The notes: a model not told the origin generated them from the sequence alone. DNA of 63,738 nt, filler included, from Hyphochytrium catenoides (GCA_900088475.1; 10 parts of 10 records of this genome joined end to end with filler, not necessarily neighbours in it); one strand, 5' to 3'; counted from the first letter of the whole stretch, positions 36,096 through 49,446 are shown. A program made the numbers and translations.

Positions 36096-36142
<47 letters not shown>

Positions 36143-36207
36143 TTCTTTCTCTTTCTCTCTCTCCCTCTCTCTCCCTCTCCCTTTCTCTCGCTCTCTTCCT
36201 CTCTCTC

Positions 36208-36260
<53 letters not shown>

Positions 36261-36725
36261 TCAATCTCTTTTTCTGTCTCCCTTCTATCTCTGTCTCTTT
36301 TCATCTCTTTCTCCACCCGCTTTCTTTTGTTTGTCCTTTCTCGCGTCTCTCTGGTTCCAACAATCTCTTGTCTCTCTCTTTGACTCTTCACCTTATCCTT
36401 CTACTGCTTTATCCACTCTCTCTCTCACTCGCCCTCTTTCTCTCTGTGTCTCTCTCTTTCTCTCTTCCTTTACCCAGTTGGTCCACCATTGACAGGGCAG
36501 GGCTACTTGCTCTACTCTTGCCTTCTCTGCTCCTTCCTAGCGCATCCCCTTCGTATCTTTTATCCTTGTCCTGCGTACCTCCATCTCTCTCTTTCTCTCT
36601 CTCTCTCTCTCTTTACTCTCCTCTTCCCTAAAGGTGCCTGGGGAGAGAGCGTACCTGGTGTGGGGGTTACGTGGTGCCCAAAATAAGCTGCACTTTTCAG
36701 GCAATTATCCCTCTCTCTCTTGCTA

Positions 36726-36758
<33 letters not shown>

Positions 36759-37079
36759 ATTTTTCTCTCTCCCTCTCTTGTCCCTCTCCCGGTTATGCTG
36801 GGGAACATTCACTCCTAACTACCTTATAGTGGTGCTGGATGCAAACACATCTCCATCCTCTCTCTCTCTCTCTCATTTTCCCTCTCCCACAATAAGCTCT
36901 CTCTTTCTTGTCTCTTGTCTCTCAGTTCTGCCTCTTTCCTACCTTTCAAGCTGAGAAGGAAGAGGACTGCGTTGACTTCAGGCCCAAAGCCAAGGAACAG
37001 AGCTCTGACCATAAATTTTGGCCAAACGACTCAGCAAGTCACATCCTCCTCCATATCTCCCTCTTCAAGATGATGGAAC

Positions 37080-37110
<31 letters not shown>

Positions 37111-37675
37111 TTCCCCCCTCTTTCTCTTCTCTTCCTGTCATCCACTCCTCTTTCCCCTCTTCTCTCCTCCCTCGTGCGATCCACTCTCTGACCACATTCG
37201 CATCCAGGGTTCATGAGCCGAGGATGCGAGACACTCTCTCTCTTTCTCTCTCTCCGTCCTCTCTCCGTCTCCTCTTTTCTCAAAAGTCAATGAAATAGTC
37301 GCCATCATCATCGTCTTTGATTTTTTGCCTCCTCTTCCCTTCTATTTCTACAGCGCAGCCTACCTTCCTCTCTCTCTCTTTGCCTCCTCTCTCTCTCTCC
37401 CTCTCTTTCTCTCTCTTCTCCTTATGTTCTAAGCACTTTCACTCTTTCCAGCTCTTGCTCTTTACTTTGGAAAAAAACCGCGTCGGCGGTTATAAGAGTG
37501 GAAGAAAGAGGTCAACGAAGCAGAAAGAAGAGCTTCATTTTTCTTCTTTTCTCTCTCTTTTCAACGGCGCCACGGCATTGGAAGGAGCTAAAGAAGGCCT
37601 GCATAGCAATCAACCTGACGGGCGAGAGAGAGAAAAATAGAGAAGAGAGAGACGGAAAGAGAGAGAGAGAGAAAG

Positions 37676-37920
37676 ATGAAGCCCAACGACTATCCGATCG
37701 CGCTTTTGCCCTACATTCAGTGCGATTTCCCGTCTAACTGTGAGTTCCTTGCGCTTTCACAGAGACCTTTCGTTCTCTCTCTCTCTCTCACTCTTTTATC
37801 ATCGCGCCTTCTCTCTGCTTTTTCATGCCGTCTTCTTACACTGTTTCTAGTTCCCCATTGTTCCCTTTTTGAGTGTCATCATCACCACCTTATTCTCTCT
37901 CTCTCTGTCTCTCTCTCCTA

Positions 37921-37961
<41 letters not shown>

Positions 37962-38303
37962 ACTTTCTCTCTCTTTCTCCTCTTGACCAGTGCCGGACTG
38001 TACGTCTACCTACAGCGACTTGATTCACTTGCGCTACTCTTCCTGGCGCATCATCTACATGCTGACGGGCCTCGTGGGACTTCTTCTCTCTATGGGACAT
38101 CTCCCCGTCATCTGGAGACAGGGAACAGACATCCAACGGACTGTCTTTCCTCTCTTCTTTCTCGCTTTTCTCTCTTTCATCATCAGAGGCGTAGATCCCA
38201 ATGGGTATGGAGGCGTCCTCTCTCCTCTTCTCACGGAAATATGCTTCAACGTCGCCTCAGCGTCTCTCTATAGCGTCTGGTGAGTGCCGACGAGGAGTAG
38301 AAG

Positions 38304-38341
<38 letters not shown>

Positions 38342-38445
38342 GCCAAGGTCAAGGGAGGAAGAGACGGGGAGATAAAGCTCTGTAAGGAAGAGAAGAAGGA
38401 GCCTACAGAAGAAGAGAAACGTTTAGATCGACCTTCGCCTAACAC

Positions 38446-38478
<33 letters not shown>

Positions 38479-39780
38479 CTTTCTCTCTCTCTCTCCTCCT
38501 CTTCTTTTTCAGCTATATCATCACCCTCGTCTGGGGATCTATTCTCCGCAGTTACGGCGCGAGCTGGCGCATCTCTGGCGGGATCAAAGCTTTCGGTCTC
38601 CTCCTGATCTTCTCCACCTGGGCCCTGCTCCTCGCCTTCCCTTTCACCTACCAGCACAATCCCATCCAGAAGTATGACGCGCACTGGTTTATCGGCATGC
38701 AGCTTACAAGCCTCTCCAGTAAGGCTCAGTCCCTCTCTCTCTCTCTTTTTTTCTCTTTCTCTCTCTCTAGCCAGCTTCTCTCTCTCTATTAATGTGGCAG
38801 TGGTGAGAGTAACTCTTCGCCTTCGCGGTTCTTTCCCGGATAATTTGATGGCCATTCTCTCTCCATCTCTCCCTATTCTCTCTTCAAATTGGTGTCAAGG
38901 CTTTCTTTTTCCCTCATTCCTCCCTGGCTTTTTTGTTTCTCTCGCTCTCTCTTCCTCCTCCCCTCCCTCTATTCTCACCCTCCCTCTCTCTCTCTCACAC
39001 ACTCTCTCTCTCTCTCTCTCTCTCTCTCCCCCTCTCTCTCTCTCTATATATATATATATCTTCCGCCCTCTCTCTTTCTCTCTCTCCTCTTTCACTTGGC
39101 CTCCTCTTTCTTTCTTTCTCTCTCTCTCTCTCCCTGCTGGCGCTAATCCATAACTCTGACCGGAACCTCTTACCGCTTCTCTCTCCCACTCTTTCTCCAC
39201 TCTCTCTTTCTTTATCCTCTCTCCTCCTGCAGTTCTCAGCATTATCGGGATGTGCTACTTTCTCTACACGGGCATCTCTCTCAATCGCCGCCTCTTCCGC
39301 ATGTTTGAGAATCCAAACGAGTCTGCGGTCGTCTCTCCTTCTTCCTCTCTCCGGAACGGGAGCCTGGAGCTCGAGTACGGACCAGGAAAGAAGAAAGAGC
39401 TCTCTCCTTCTTCTTATGGCGGAGGACTAGAGGGAGAGAGAAAGAAGAAGAAGAGACAATGCTGCCGTTGTGTCTCTTCTCTCTGTCTCAAATGGTCCAA
39501 TCTTCCCAAAGTGACAAAGATGCTCATTCTCTTCTGCGGCATGTGCGGCGCGATCACTCTCTCTCAGATCTTCAAGGCGATCCAAGTGTTTAGAGAGGGA
39601 TATATCCTCGCCTGGCAGGAGACAAACCTGTGCATTCTCATGAAAGAAGAGAAAGGAGAGACGAACTTTGGAGACTGTCCCACAACCTTTGGAAATGAGC
39701 TGTTTGCAGGTAAAGGGCGCGCTCTTTCCTTTCTTTGTCTGCCCCTGCTTGCTGGGCCTCTCCTTGTCAGTCATTCTAGC

Positions 39781-39825
<45 letters not shown>

Positions 39826-39908
39826 CTGTGGGCCTCTTTCTCTTCCCGCCGCTCTCTCTCGTTCTTTTTTTTTTCCTCCACGTTTATCTCTCTTTCTTTT
39901 CCTTCCAG

Positions 39909-39940
<32 letters not shown>

Positions 39941-40629
39941 TACTAGATCCAGCCCATGCGTTCATCTTCTCAATTCCCTCCTGTAGCTTGCTTCACTTCC
40001 GTTCCACCCCCTTCTTGGCTTTTCTCTCTCTCTTTCTCTTTCTCTCTCTCTCTCTCTCTCTCATTATATTTCTCGGTTTCTCCGCCGGTTGTTCATGGTT
40101 CAGTGATGTACTCGCAACCAAATATCTATCTTTCAAGCATTCCCTCTGACATCGCTCTCTCTCTTTTCTCTCAATTCCCATATCTTCTCCCTCTTTTTCT
40201 CTCTCTCTCTCTCTCTCTCTCCCTGTTCCCACAGTGCTGCAGCTGCTCATCCTCTATCTGTGTATCTGGGCTTTCTGGACCGTTCCTTCTGGGCAAGCCA
40301 CCAAGGAAGGGGAAGAAGCAGAAGGAGAGAAAGAAGGCGGTGTCCCGGGAGAGAAACAGAGATCCACTTACTCTCTCGACCTGGAGAGAGCGGGAGAGGG
40401 ACAGCTCAGTGACTTTACCGGGGACTACATTCCTCCTGATCTGCGCATCTCTGACACTTCGGACGAGTCAGAAAGTGAGGGAGAAGAGAGAGAAGGAAGA
40501 ACGCCCTACCAGGAGAGACTTGTCAGAGAAACAACGGCTGGAGATGAAGAGAGAGAAGAGGAGGAAGAGAGAGAGAGAAAGAAGACGGTGGACGAGCTGA
40601 CGCCAAGAAAAACCACTGCATTTATTTAA
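37676..40629 (+). CDS. Seven-transmembrane GPCR-like protein, paralog 1 (5 exons)
   Basis: Exons 37676-37739, 37991-38279, 38513-38718, 39233-39709 and 40235-40629 join in frame at GT..AG introns. Seven hydrophobic segments, an RGVDPNGY motif after TM2, a long basic TM5-TM6 loop and an acidic tail. Confidence 0.85.
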
Positions 40630-41471
40630 CGCTTGTTGACTGATCGGGGAAGAGAGAGAGAGAGAGAGAGACCCTTTCTTATTTCTCTTTTCTATTTTTT
40701 GTGTCCTTCAGCCTGCCACCATCAACGTACTCTGCCTAACTTTGTACATAAATGACTATATCCTCTCTCTCTCTCTCTTCTCTCACTGTCTGCAACTTCT
40801 CTCTCTCTCTTTTCCGTCTCTCTTTTCTCTCTCTCTTTCGCTTTCTCTCTCCGATGTAAGATAGCTCCTACTTAAGCCGTTGTAAGCCACACAGCTTGTC
40901 TATCATCTCTGCGTCAGAATAGAAGAGAGAGTGAGAGAAAGGCAGCTGTCATAATATTTATTATGGGAAAAAAAGGAAGGAGAGAGAGGAATAGAGTTAT
41001 ACAGAAGAAGAAGAGAGAAGCGGCAACGGAAGACACGGAGCAGAAAGAAAGCATCAAAGCACTCATCAGAGAAGAGAAAGAAAGACACACAGAGAAGAAA
41101 GAGGTGAAGACAACAGCGACATGAACTGCTCGCCTGTAGGAATTGGTCTCTCTCTCTCTCTCTCTCTGCTCCATCTTCTCTCTCTCTCTCTTTCTGTCTT
41201 TCTCTTTCAAATGTCCCTTTATCTTCACCCGCTATCACCGACACAAGGTCAACCCGGAGGATAAACTCACCATTCTCTGCACAAGAAACAAAAAGAAGAG
41301 AAAAACAGAGAGAGAGAAAGAGAAGAGACAGACATCAGGGGCAGAGAATAGTGGAGAGACCAACTTCAAAGTCTTTGACGAACATGGGTCAGCGACCTGG
41401 GCCCAGCCAAGGAAGGGTGACGGCGACGAGTCGCTTCTCTTCTCAAGCTGCGAAAGAATCGACAAACAAAG

Positions 41472-41536
<65 letters not shown>

Positions 41537-42589
41537 GTACAGACCAGAAGAGAGACAACGAATGAATGGGAGATGATGTGGGAGAGAAAGACTTGAAGCC
41601 AACCCAGACGACGCAGACAACAGTTGAAGACGAAAGTGATGGAGAGACGCTTGATGATGGATGATGGTCACAGAGCTCAGAGCTCAGAAGAAGCTGCTGC
41701 TAATGACAGCATGTAGTATAGCACAGGTCTATAATTATGCACTAAGAGGGAGAGAGAAGGAGAAAGAAAGAGAAGAGAAAGAGAGAAAGAGAGAGAGAGG
41801 TTGTCATCATCATCATTATCCTGAAGAGAAAGAAGGGTAAAGTGGTGGGTGGCAGTCCTTTTCTGGGGTCCCGTAGTGGAGGAGAGGAAATCGTCGTGTC
41901 CCACCGAGCCACTTTCTCTTCTACCCTCCTCCACTGGCTCTCTCCCCTCTCTAAGCTGTGCCTCTGTTTCTTTCTCTCTCTCTCTCTCNNNNNNNNNNNN
42001 NNNNNNNNNNNNNNNNNNNNNNNNNNNNNNNNNNNNNNNNNNNNNNNNNNNNNNNNNNNNNNNNNNNNNNNNNNNNNNNNNNNNNNNNNNNNNNNNNNNN
42101 NNNNNNNNNNNNNNNNNNNNNNNNNNNNNNNNNNNNNNNNNNNNNNNNNNNNNNNNNNNNNNNNNNNNNNNNNNNNNNNNNNNNNNNNNNNNNNNCTCTC
42201 TCTCTCTCTCTCTCTCTCTCTCACGTGTCGTTTTTTCCTAGGTTTGCCACAACAAAACTCCGAAAAAGAGACAAAGGACGATCTGGGTTTGAATGATAAA
42301 TGTATGACAAATAACGTGAATGTGTTTGAAAGAGTTCTACTGAAGGAGAGCATTGTGTTTGGCGAAGTGCCTGTCTTCGATATGTGTTTGAGGTATAAAT
42401 GTATGGCGCTTAAGTGTGTGGGTTAGGCATGGAAAGGGGCTAATTAATAATAAGCGAATGACAATGAAACTGGCTCTTGGGAGGTGGTGGCCCAAGAAGA
42501 AGAGAGAGAGAGAAGTGAGAGAGATTTGGGGAGAGAGAGAGAGAGAGAGAGAGAGAGANNNNNNNNNNNNAGAGAAAGAGAGAGAGAAA

Positions 42590-42631
<42 letters not shown>

Positions 42632-44085
42632 CAAGGAAGATCTTGTGGAGCGAGATCTTGGCAGATTCTGATATGGTGAGGTGGCTGATGATGGCAAGAG
42701 GAGGAGGACCAAGAGAGAAAGAAAGAGAGCAGAGAGACTTGAGCTCGTAATAATGGCTCTCATAGGAGACGGAATGCCGGAGACAACGAGAAAGTCCTGG
42801 TAACAAGACGGATTCCTCTCCTTCGCTCTCTCTCTCTCTCTCTCTCTCTCTCAGCCTCCCTTCGCCCCTCAAGCTTTAACGTCCTTCCTGTTTGTCCTAC
42901 CGCGGTGTTCAAGAGTTCTCCTCTCCTCATCCAAATCGTTTGTCTCCTCTTGTCCTCCTCGCTCTTTCTCTCATAATCTGCGTCTACCTCTGTCTCTCTC
43001 TCTGGTTCACTTCTCTCTCTCTCCTCTCTTATTCTCTCTCTCTCTCTCTCTCTCCCTCCCACGATTCTCATGAGCCAGTTCCTGTCGTCACGTCAACTAG
43101 CACCAGAGATGGCTGGCTGTCCTTCCCTCTCATCCCACATAATAACAGTCGATACACCTGGTATCGCGCGTCATGGGAAAATCGTTACTTAGGTCTCGTG
43201 AGGCACAAAGAGAGAGAGAGAGATTCAGAGAAGAAAGAGATAAAAGAGAGAGAGAGAGAGAGAGAGGAGAGAGAAAGAGAAAGGAGGAAAGACGCCTCTG
43301 TGATGCTAAGAATAGAATGGGAAAAGATTGAGCCTTGCTGCTTGGTGGCCTCACAGTATCTCTTCTTATCCGTAACGCTCTCTCACTTCTCTCTCTCTCT
43401 CTCTCACTCTCTCTTTCTCTTCTCTCTTCTCTCTTCTCTCTTCCTTTTCCTCTGCTATCGTCTTCCCTTTCTGGAGGTGCCCTCACTGTTGCCTCTAAAG
43501 TAAAGACGTCATTCTCTCTATCTCCTTCTCTCGCCCGTCCCTCTCCTCTCTTCTCTTCCCTCTCTCCATGTTTTGTATACTCTGTGTATCTGCTGTGTTC
43601 GTTTGAAGATCGTGTCCTGTCTCCCTCTCTCTTCATCTCTCTCTCTTCCCACTCCACACCACTCCTTACAGTCAACAGCCAGGAGAGAAAGAGAGAGAAA
43701 GAGATTCAGATTGAGCTTCAAAAAGAAAGACGCAGAGCAGGCCAAAGGAGAGAAAGAAGAGAGATTGAAGACGTGATTAGGACTACCACGAACTCTTTCC
43801 CTTTCAGTTATTCACTTTCTCCCTGTGTCTCTCTTTCCTCTCTCTTACGCCATTCTCTCTCTTCTTTCCTCTTCGTGAAGCGCATTATTATGCACGTACT
43901 GTCTTCTTACAGAGATTAGTAGAACAGGAGAGAGACACGAACTGGGAAAGAGAGAGAGAGAGAGAGTAAAAGTGGTTGTGAGGAAGAGAGAACAAAGTGG
44001 CTAGAGTCTCAAGACTGAGGAAGAAGAAGGACAGAAAGTTAGAAAGAGCGAGAGAGAAAGACAGACAGAGTGACAGAGGCCAACG

Positions 44086-44437
44086 ATGATCGAGTATACT
44101 CGAGAGCAGCTCGCAGCCATTCCCTGCATGTTCCCCTACGTCGGTAGGTCCCGGAACGGAGTCGACTTCTCTCTCTTCAATACATTTTTCAATCAATCTC
44201 TGGCTCTCTCCCTTTGTGTGTCTCTCTCTCTTTCTCTCTATATCTCTCATTCTCTCCAATTCTCCTCAAGCTTTCTCCTCCATTCTCCTTGTTCTTCAAT
44301 TGTTCTTTGTCCTCTATCTGCCTGCTGCTCTGCCGGTTCTTCCTCTCTTGCGCTTTTCAATTGGCATTTTTGCTCTCACTAATCCTCTTTTTACCTATCT
44401 CTCTTTCTCTCCCTCTCTCTTTCTCTCCCTCTCTCTT

Positions 44438-44481
<44 letters not shown>

Positions 44482-44955
44482 TTCGGTCTGAACGGCACTG
44501 CAGCTCCCGGATGCACTGAGACTTACGCAGACATTGTCAGTGGTCCTTACACGCGATGGTGAGAGGGAGAGTAGGAAACCTTTCTATCATTTCTTCAGTC
44601 TTCTCTCTCTCCTCTCCATTTTTTCTTTCTCTCTCTTTCGTCTCTCCTTTTCTAGCAGTTCTCCCTCTCTCTGTACTAATCATCTCACTCTTTCTTTTAT
44701 AAACAGGCGCGTGGCGTACCTTTTGATCGGTGTCATAGGCTTCGCCCTTAGCCTTATCCGCTATCCCACGCTCTTTGTCCGCGGCTCTTCCGTCCAAAGA
44801 GCGTGTTTTCCCTTTCTCTCTCTCGCCTTTCTCACTTTCCTAGTCAGAGGCATAGATCCGAATGGTTATCAGGACGTCTTGCCTATGGTCGTGACAGAGA
44901 TCGCCGGGAACTCCGCTTCCTGCTGCGTTTATAGCGTCTGGTAAGCGGAAAGAAG

Positions 44956-45002
<47 letters not shown>

Positions 45003-45314
45003 TCCCAACCTTCTTCCCTCCGCCTCTTTCTGTCTTTCTCATGCCATTGTTGTCTGTCTCCTCCCTGCGGAGGAATGATGAGCATACTATCTCCCGCTTT
45101 CTTCCCGTCCATACACTCTTTCCTTCTGTCTCTCTCTCTCTCTGTGTGTGTCTTTCTCACTCTCTCTCTCTCTGTTTCTCTCTCTCTCTCTCTCTCTCCT
45201 GGCAGTTATATGATGGCGGTAGTCTGGGGCTCGCTTCTGACCTCGTATGGCGCTCACTGGCCCATGCCCCTGGGGATCAAGCTCTTTGGCTCTCTTCTCA
45301 TTCTCTCCACGTGG
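44086..45314 (+). CDS. Seven-transmembrane GPCR-like protein, paralog 2 (5' part, truncated by the contig end)
   Basis: Exons 44086-44143, 44504-44558, 44707-44940 and 45206-45314 give MIEYTREQLAAIPCMFPYVAPGCTETYADIVSGPYTRWRVAYLLIG...VRGIDPNGY...YSVCYMMAVVWGSLLTSYGAHW...GIKLFGSLLILSTW, colinear with paralog 1. Confidence 0.85.
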
Positions 45315-45421
45315 NNNNNNNNNNNNNNNNNNNNNNNNNNNNNNNNNNNNNNNNNNNNTTAATTAATTAANNNNNNNNNNNNNNNNNNNNNNNNNNNNNN
45401 NNNNNNNNNNNNNNACCTTGA

Positions 45422-48082
45422 AGGAAACTTTGGGTAAACCCGAGATACGTTTTACAGTGGGCGGTAGCGTCTGTCCCTCCTCTTCCCCCTCTTCCTCTTG
45501 TCTCTCCTGTTGTGGTCCAGGGTTTGTCCCCTACAAAGAATGCTGCTCGCGCGGCCCGTTGTGCGGAAGACGGCCAACATTCCAAGGCTGTGGCTGCTTT
45601 GCTCTCGTTGGGCCTCTCTTCTCCGTCCCAAGAGTTGTTGCAAGCGTTACGCGACAAACACCCAGCGGCTCCGCCACCTGCTCCCCTTCCTGCCAATCTT
45701 CCCCCTCCTTTGTCGGTATTATCTCGTGACGAGGTTGCTGCTGTGGCTACTTCTTTCCCTTCTGGTTCCGCCGCGGGGGCCTCGGGCTTTCGCCCTCAGT
45801 ATCTCAAGGATATTCTGTCTACTGCGAACCCTGACACCAATGATCACGTCCTGCCCTGCCTTACTGCCTTTGTCAACCGTCTTTTGTGGGGAACTGTGCC
45901 TCCTACGGTGGCTCCCTTCTTGGCTGGTGCTCCACTTATTGCGCTCAACAAGAAGAGTGGTGGGATTCGCCCTATTGCAATCGGTGATACGCTTCGAAGG
46001 TTAGTCTCTAAATGCTGCTGCCAGAAGCTCAGACAAGAGATACAAAGCTTCTTGATGCCTCTCCAAGTTGGTGTTGGAACTCCTGGAGGCTCTGAGGCTG
46101 TCATTCACTCTGTTAGGCATTTGGTTGAGGAGCTTAAGGACGATCCTGGCAAAGTTTTACTAAAGGTTGATTTTAACAATGCTTTCAACACAGTAGATCG
46201 TTCGGTCTTTCTGGCTGCCGCTTTGGAGCACTTTCCCCAACTGGCACGGTGGATCAATGTCTGCTACTCTTCCCCAGCGGTTCTATCTTATGATGCCTAC
46301 ACTATCTCCAGTGCCTCTGGTGTTCAGCAAGGTGATCCCCTTGGCCCTCTTCTTTTCTCTCTAGCTTTGCATCGGATCGCTCTTAAGGTGCACGAGACGG
46401 TTGGTGATTTAGACCTCCATGTCTGGTATCTCGATGACGGTACCATCATTGGCTCCCTCGATCGGGTTCGCGAAGCACTTCAGGTTATTACTGACAACTG
46501 TGCAGCTGTGGGTTTGTCGCTTAACTTGCAGAAGTGTGAACTTTGGTGGCCCTCGCCACCTCAGCGGCTAGGATGGCCGGACTTTCCTCCGGATATTATT
46601 CGCTGCCCGGTGGATGGCATCGGAGTTCTTGGTTGCCCCGTGGGATCCGTGGACTATACATCTGACTACCTCCTCCGCAAGCTAGAGCGCCTCAAGGACA
46701 TCGATGTCGCACTAGATGTCATCGACGATGCACAGATTGAGTTATGTCTCTTCCGAGGTTGCCTAGGATACGGCAGGGTCAACCATCTATTACGAACATG
46801 TCCTCCTCAGATTACTAGGACTTTTGCTGAAAAGTTTGATCTGCGGCTTCTTTCCGTTCTCCGGTCCACTCTTCGCACTCCAGCGCTGGATGATTTAGCG
46901 TGGCTTCAGTCTGAGCTTCCTATACGAATGGGGCTAGTAGGTGTGAGCCATACGCAGTCCATCTTCAAGGAGGCGTACATCGGTTCTAGGGCACAAACTC
47001 GAGGTATCTGTGCTGCCATTCTTCGTCGCCCTCTGGATGATTTCGGCTATAAGGAGGATCTTCGCTTGGCCCTGGCTACCCACAACGCGGAAGTAGGCGG
47101 GAATAAGACCTTACATGAACTCTTCCAGTCTCAAGGCGATGTTCAGAGGGTGCTCTCTGAAGAAGTCTGGACCTACAAACGGGATCAGCTACTAGCCCGA
47201 GCGGTAAGCCTTCGGGATCGAGCACGGGTAAGGGCGGTAGGGATGAAACAGGCGGGTGTGTTCCCTCATGCTAGCCCTATCCCTGGGCTGGACCAACGAA
47301 TTCGTGATTCCCGCATCTATCGCCTCATGCTTCGACGATACCTGGGCGTACCAATCCTGGATGAGCCAGGGCGGTGCAAGTTATGTATTGAGGACTTTGA
47401 CGTGTTTGGGGACCATGCTATGGTTTGTCGCTTAGCCCATCGATGTATGACGGTTCGTCATGATGGCTTACGGGACCTTCTCCTAGGCCTTGCTCGTCGT
47501 TCGGCAGGGCTTCTGGCCAGAGCTGAACCTCCCGACAGAGTCTTACCTAATGGTCATCGCCCGGGTGACCTGGCCATTGAGGGCTTTGAGCCTCAGAGAG
47601 TGTGCACGCTCTTTGACGTTACTGTCTCCGACTCGCTGCAACCTAACACCCTACTTCATGCAGCGGCTCGGGCAGGATACGTCGCAGAGCGTGCGCATAG
47701 CAGAAAAGTCGCCCTTTACGCGGAGGATTGTGAGGATCAAGGCTATGGTTTCCGGCCCTTGGCATGGGAGTCCTTTGGCGGAGCAACAGAGACAGTTCAC
47801 TCGACCCTGAGGGAATGGCTTAGGGCTATCTCTGACAGGTGTGGGAGTGTGGGTCTTCCTCTATCATCTCTCACCGCCACCGCCTACAGGCGCATATCTG
47901 TCCTATCACAACGTTGTCTTGCAAAGATGATGGTCTTCCATCGCATGCCCCTACCTGCGCATATCAAGAATGTGGTCCTGGGTCAGCTTCCAGGTGCTGT
48001 TACAGGTTACAGGAGGTCTTCTGTAGTAGTAGTAGACAGAAGTACTCCAATTATTAGGCTTCCCCTCCTAGTCAGTAAATAA
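45422..48082 (+). mobile_element. Non-LTR retrotransposon with RT and restriction-like endonuclease (CRE-type), 5' end missing
   Basis: RT motifs SAAGASG, GIRPIAIGDTLRRL, QVGVG..GGSEA, KVDFNNAFN, GVQQGDPLGPLLF, WYLDDG; CCHC finger CKLC..DHAMVC; RLE motifs RHD, RPGD, DVTV, K..Y, FRPLAWESFG. The frame is open from 45422 with no ATG near the start. Confidence 0.93.
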
Positions 48083-49405
48083 AAGTACTGTAATAAGGAC
48101 CGACAAGCAACAGAAGAAGCCACCTCCTCCTAACTCGCTCTCGCTCTCGCTCTCGCTCGGCAGCCCCTTTATGTCTAGGAGGTATTCAACGCAAATGTTA
48201 TACGTTTACGGCTATCAGTTCCAATTCTTGAACACCGCAGCTACCCAGGGTGGAGGCAGACACTCACTGTCTCCAGCGTCCTTACATCCTCAAAGCCACT
48301 TATGGGGGGATCGTCTCATACCCAACCTGACTCGTGAATACAACACATTTACCTAGACAAAGCTGGGGTCACTCACTGGTTGAAGGTGTTTTCGTAGCTG
48401 TTTTCGCGCGCTCATCCATACTTTTGTCAGATAGCAGGAACGAAGAAACATAGCTCTTCCAGTCTTCTGCTGCTTGCATTCCTACAACTACGTACTACTT
48501 GTAGTAGAACTACTCCACGCTATTCTAGCGATCCTCATAACCTGACAAAGAGAGGATAAACGATCGCGAAAGTGCTTTAGCAAAAAGAGGATGGCCCGCG
48601 AAGTGCTGTGCTTGTGCTGTGCGAGGTAGAGCGTGGTAGCTCTCGTCTTCGATGACCATCTATGGGTGGCGATCGATGTGATTATGAAGTGAGTGATGCG
48701 ATGGATGATGATTAATAATTGCTGCTCCAGCTGCTGCTCCCTGCTGCTGCTGGGCGTTGCTCCGAAAAGATCCTTGACGACTCAATCAACTGGATGCCTA
48801 CAGTACAAAAGACAGGGCTTACAACAGGGCCTTAGACAGGCTTGGTCATTCGCGAACCAGGGGCTTTTGGGCTGGGAAATTGCGCACTATCGGCTCCACA
48901 ACCTGCCGGTCATAGGGTTCTCACGAAATGTCACATCAGCCAATCAGCGGTGTCAAAAGCACTTTGGAGTCCGTCAACGCACGACATTTGGATATCATTT
49001 GGATACCATTGGCTGAAACCACTCCTCTAAAGTGGCCAAGGCTAGGGAGAACTCCCCTGAAAAGGCTTGAAATCGCTGAAGCTGAAGAGGCTCCTTAAGA
49101 ACTTTAATTCGCGCTCAAATGTGCGCTCACAGAGCTTACCCACGGTGCGTATGAATGTAGTGTTATAAAGCTTTCAAAGACTGCTTGTGTGAAAAAATGA
49201 ATGTAAACAGTCATAGATCACAAAAGAGTAAACTAGAAAATTCACTCTAGAAGCGTACTAACTCAATGATGGTCAGGGAAGAAAGAAGAGAAATGATGAA
49301 GAAACACCGCCATACCTCTTACTAGAGTCCGCCGTGGAGAAGGCAGATGCGAGTCGGCATCATGCAATGTGAAGAGCCTCTTCTTCTTGAATCTCTCTCT
49401 TTCTT

Positions 49406-49446
<41 letters not shown>

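Noticed and set aside
31418-44519. Dozens of ORFs rich in ERERER or LSLSLS
   Set aside because: Translations of (GA)n/(CT)n microsatellites, which lack stop codons. Real exons were found only where splice signals and paralog conservation agree.
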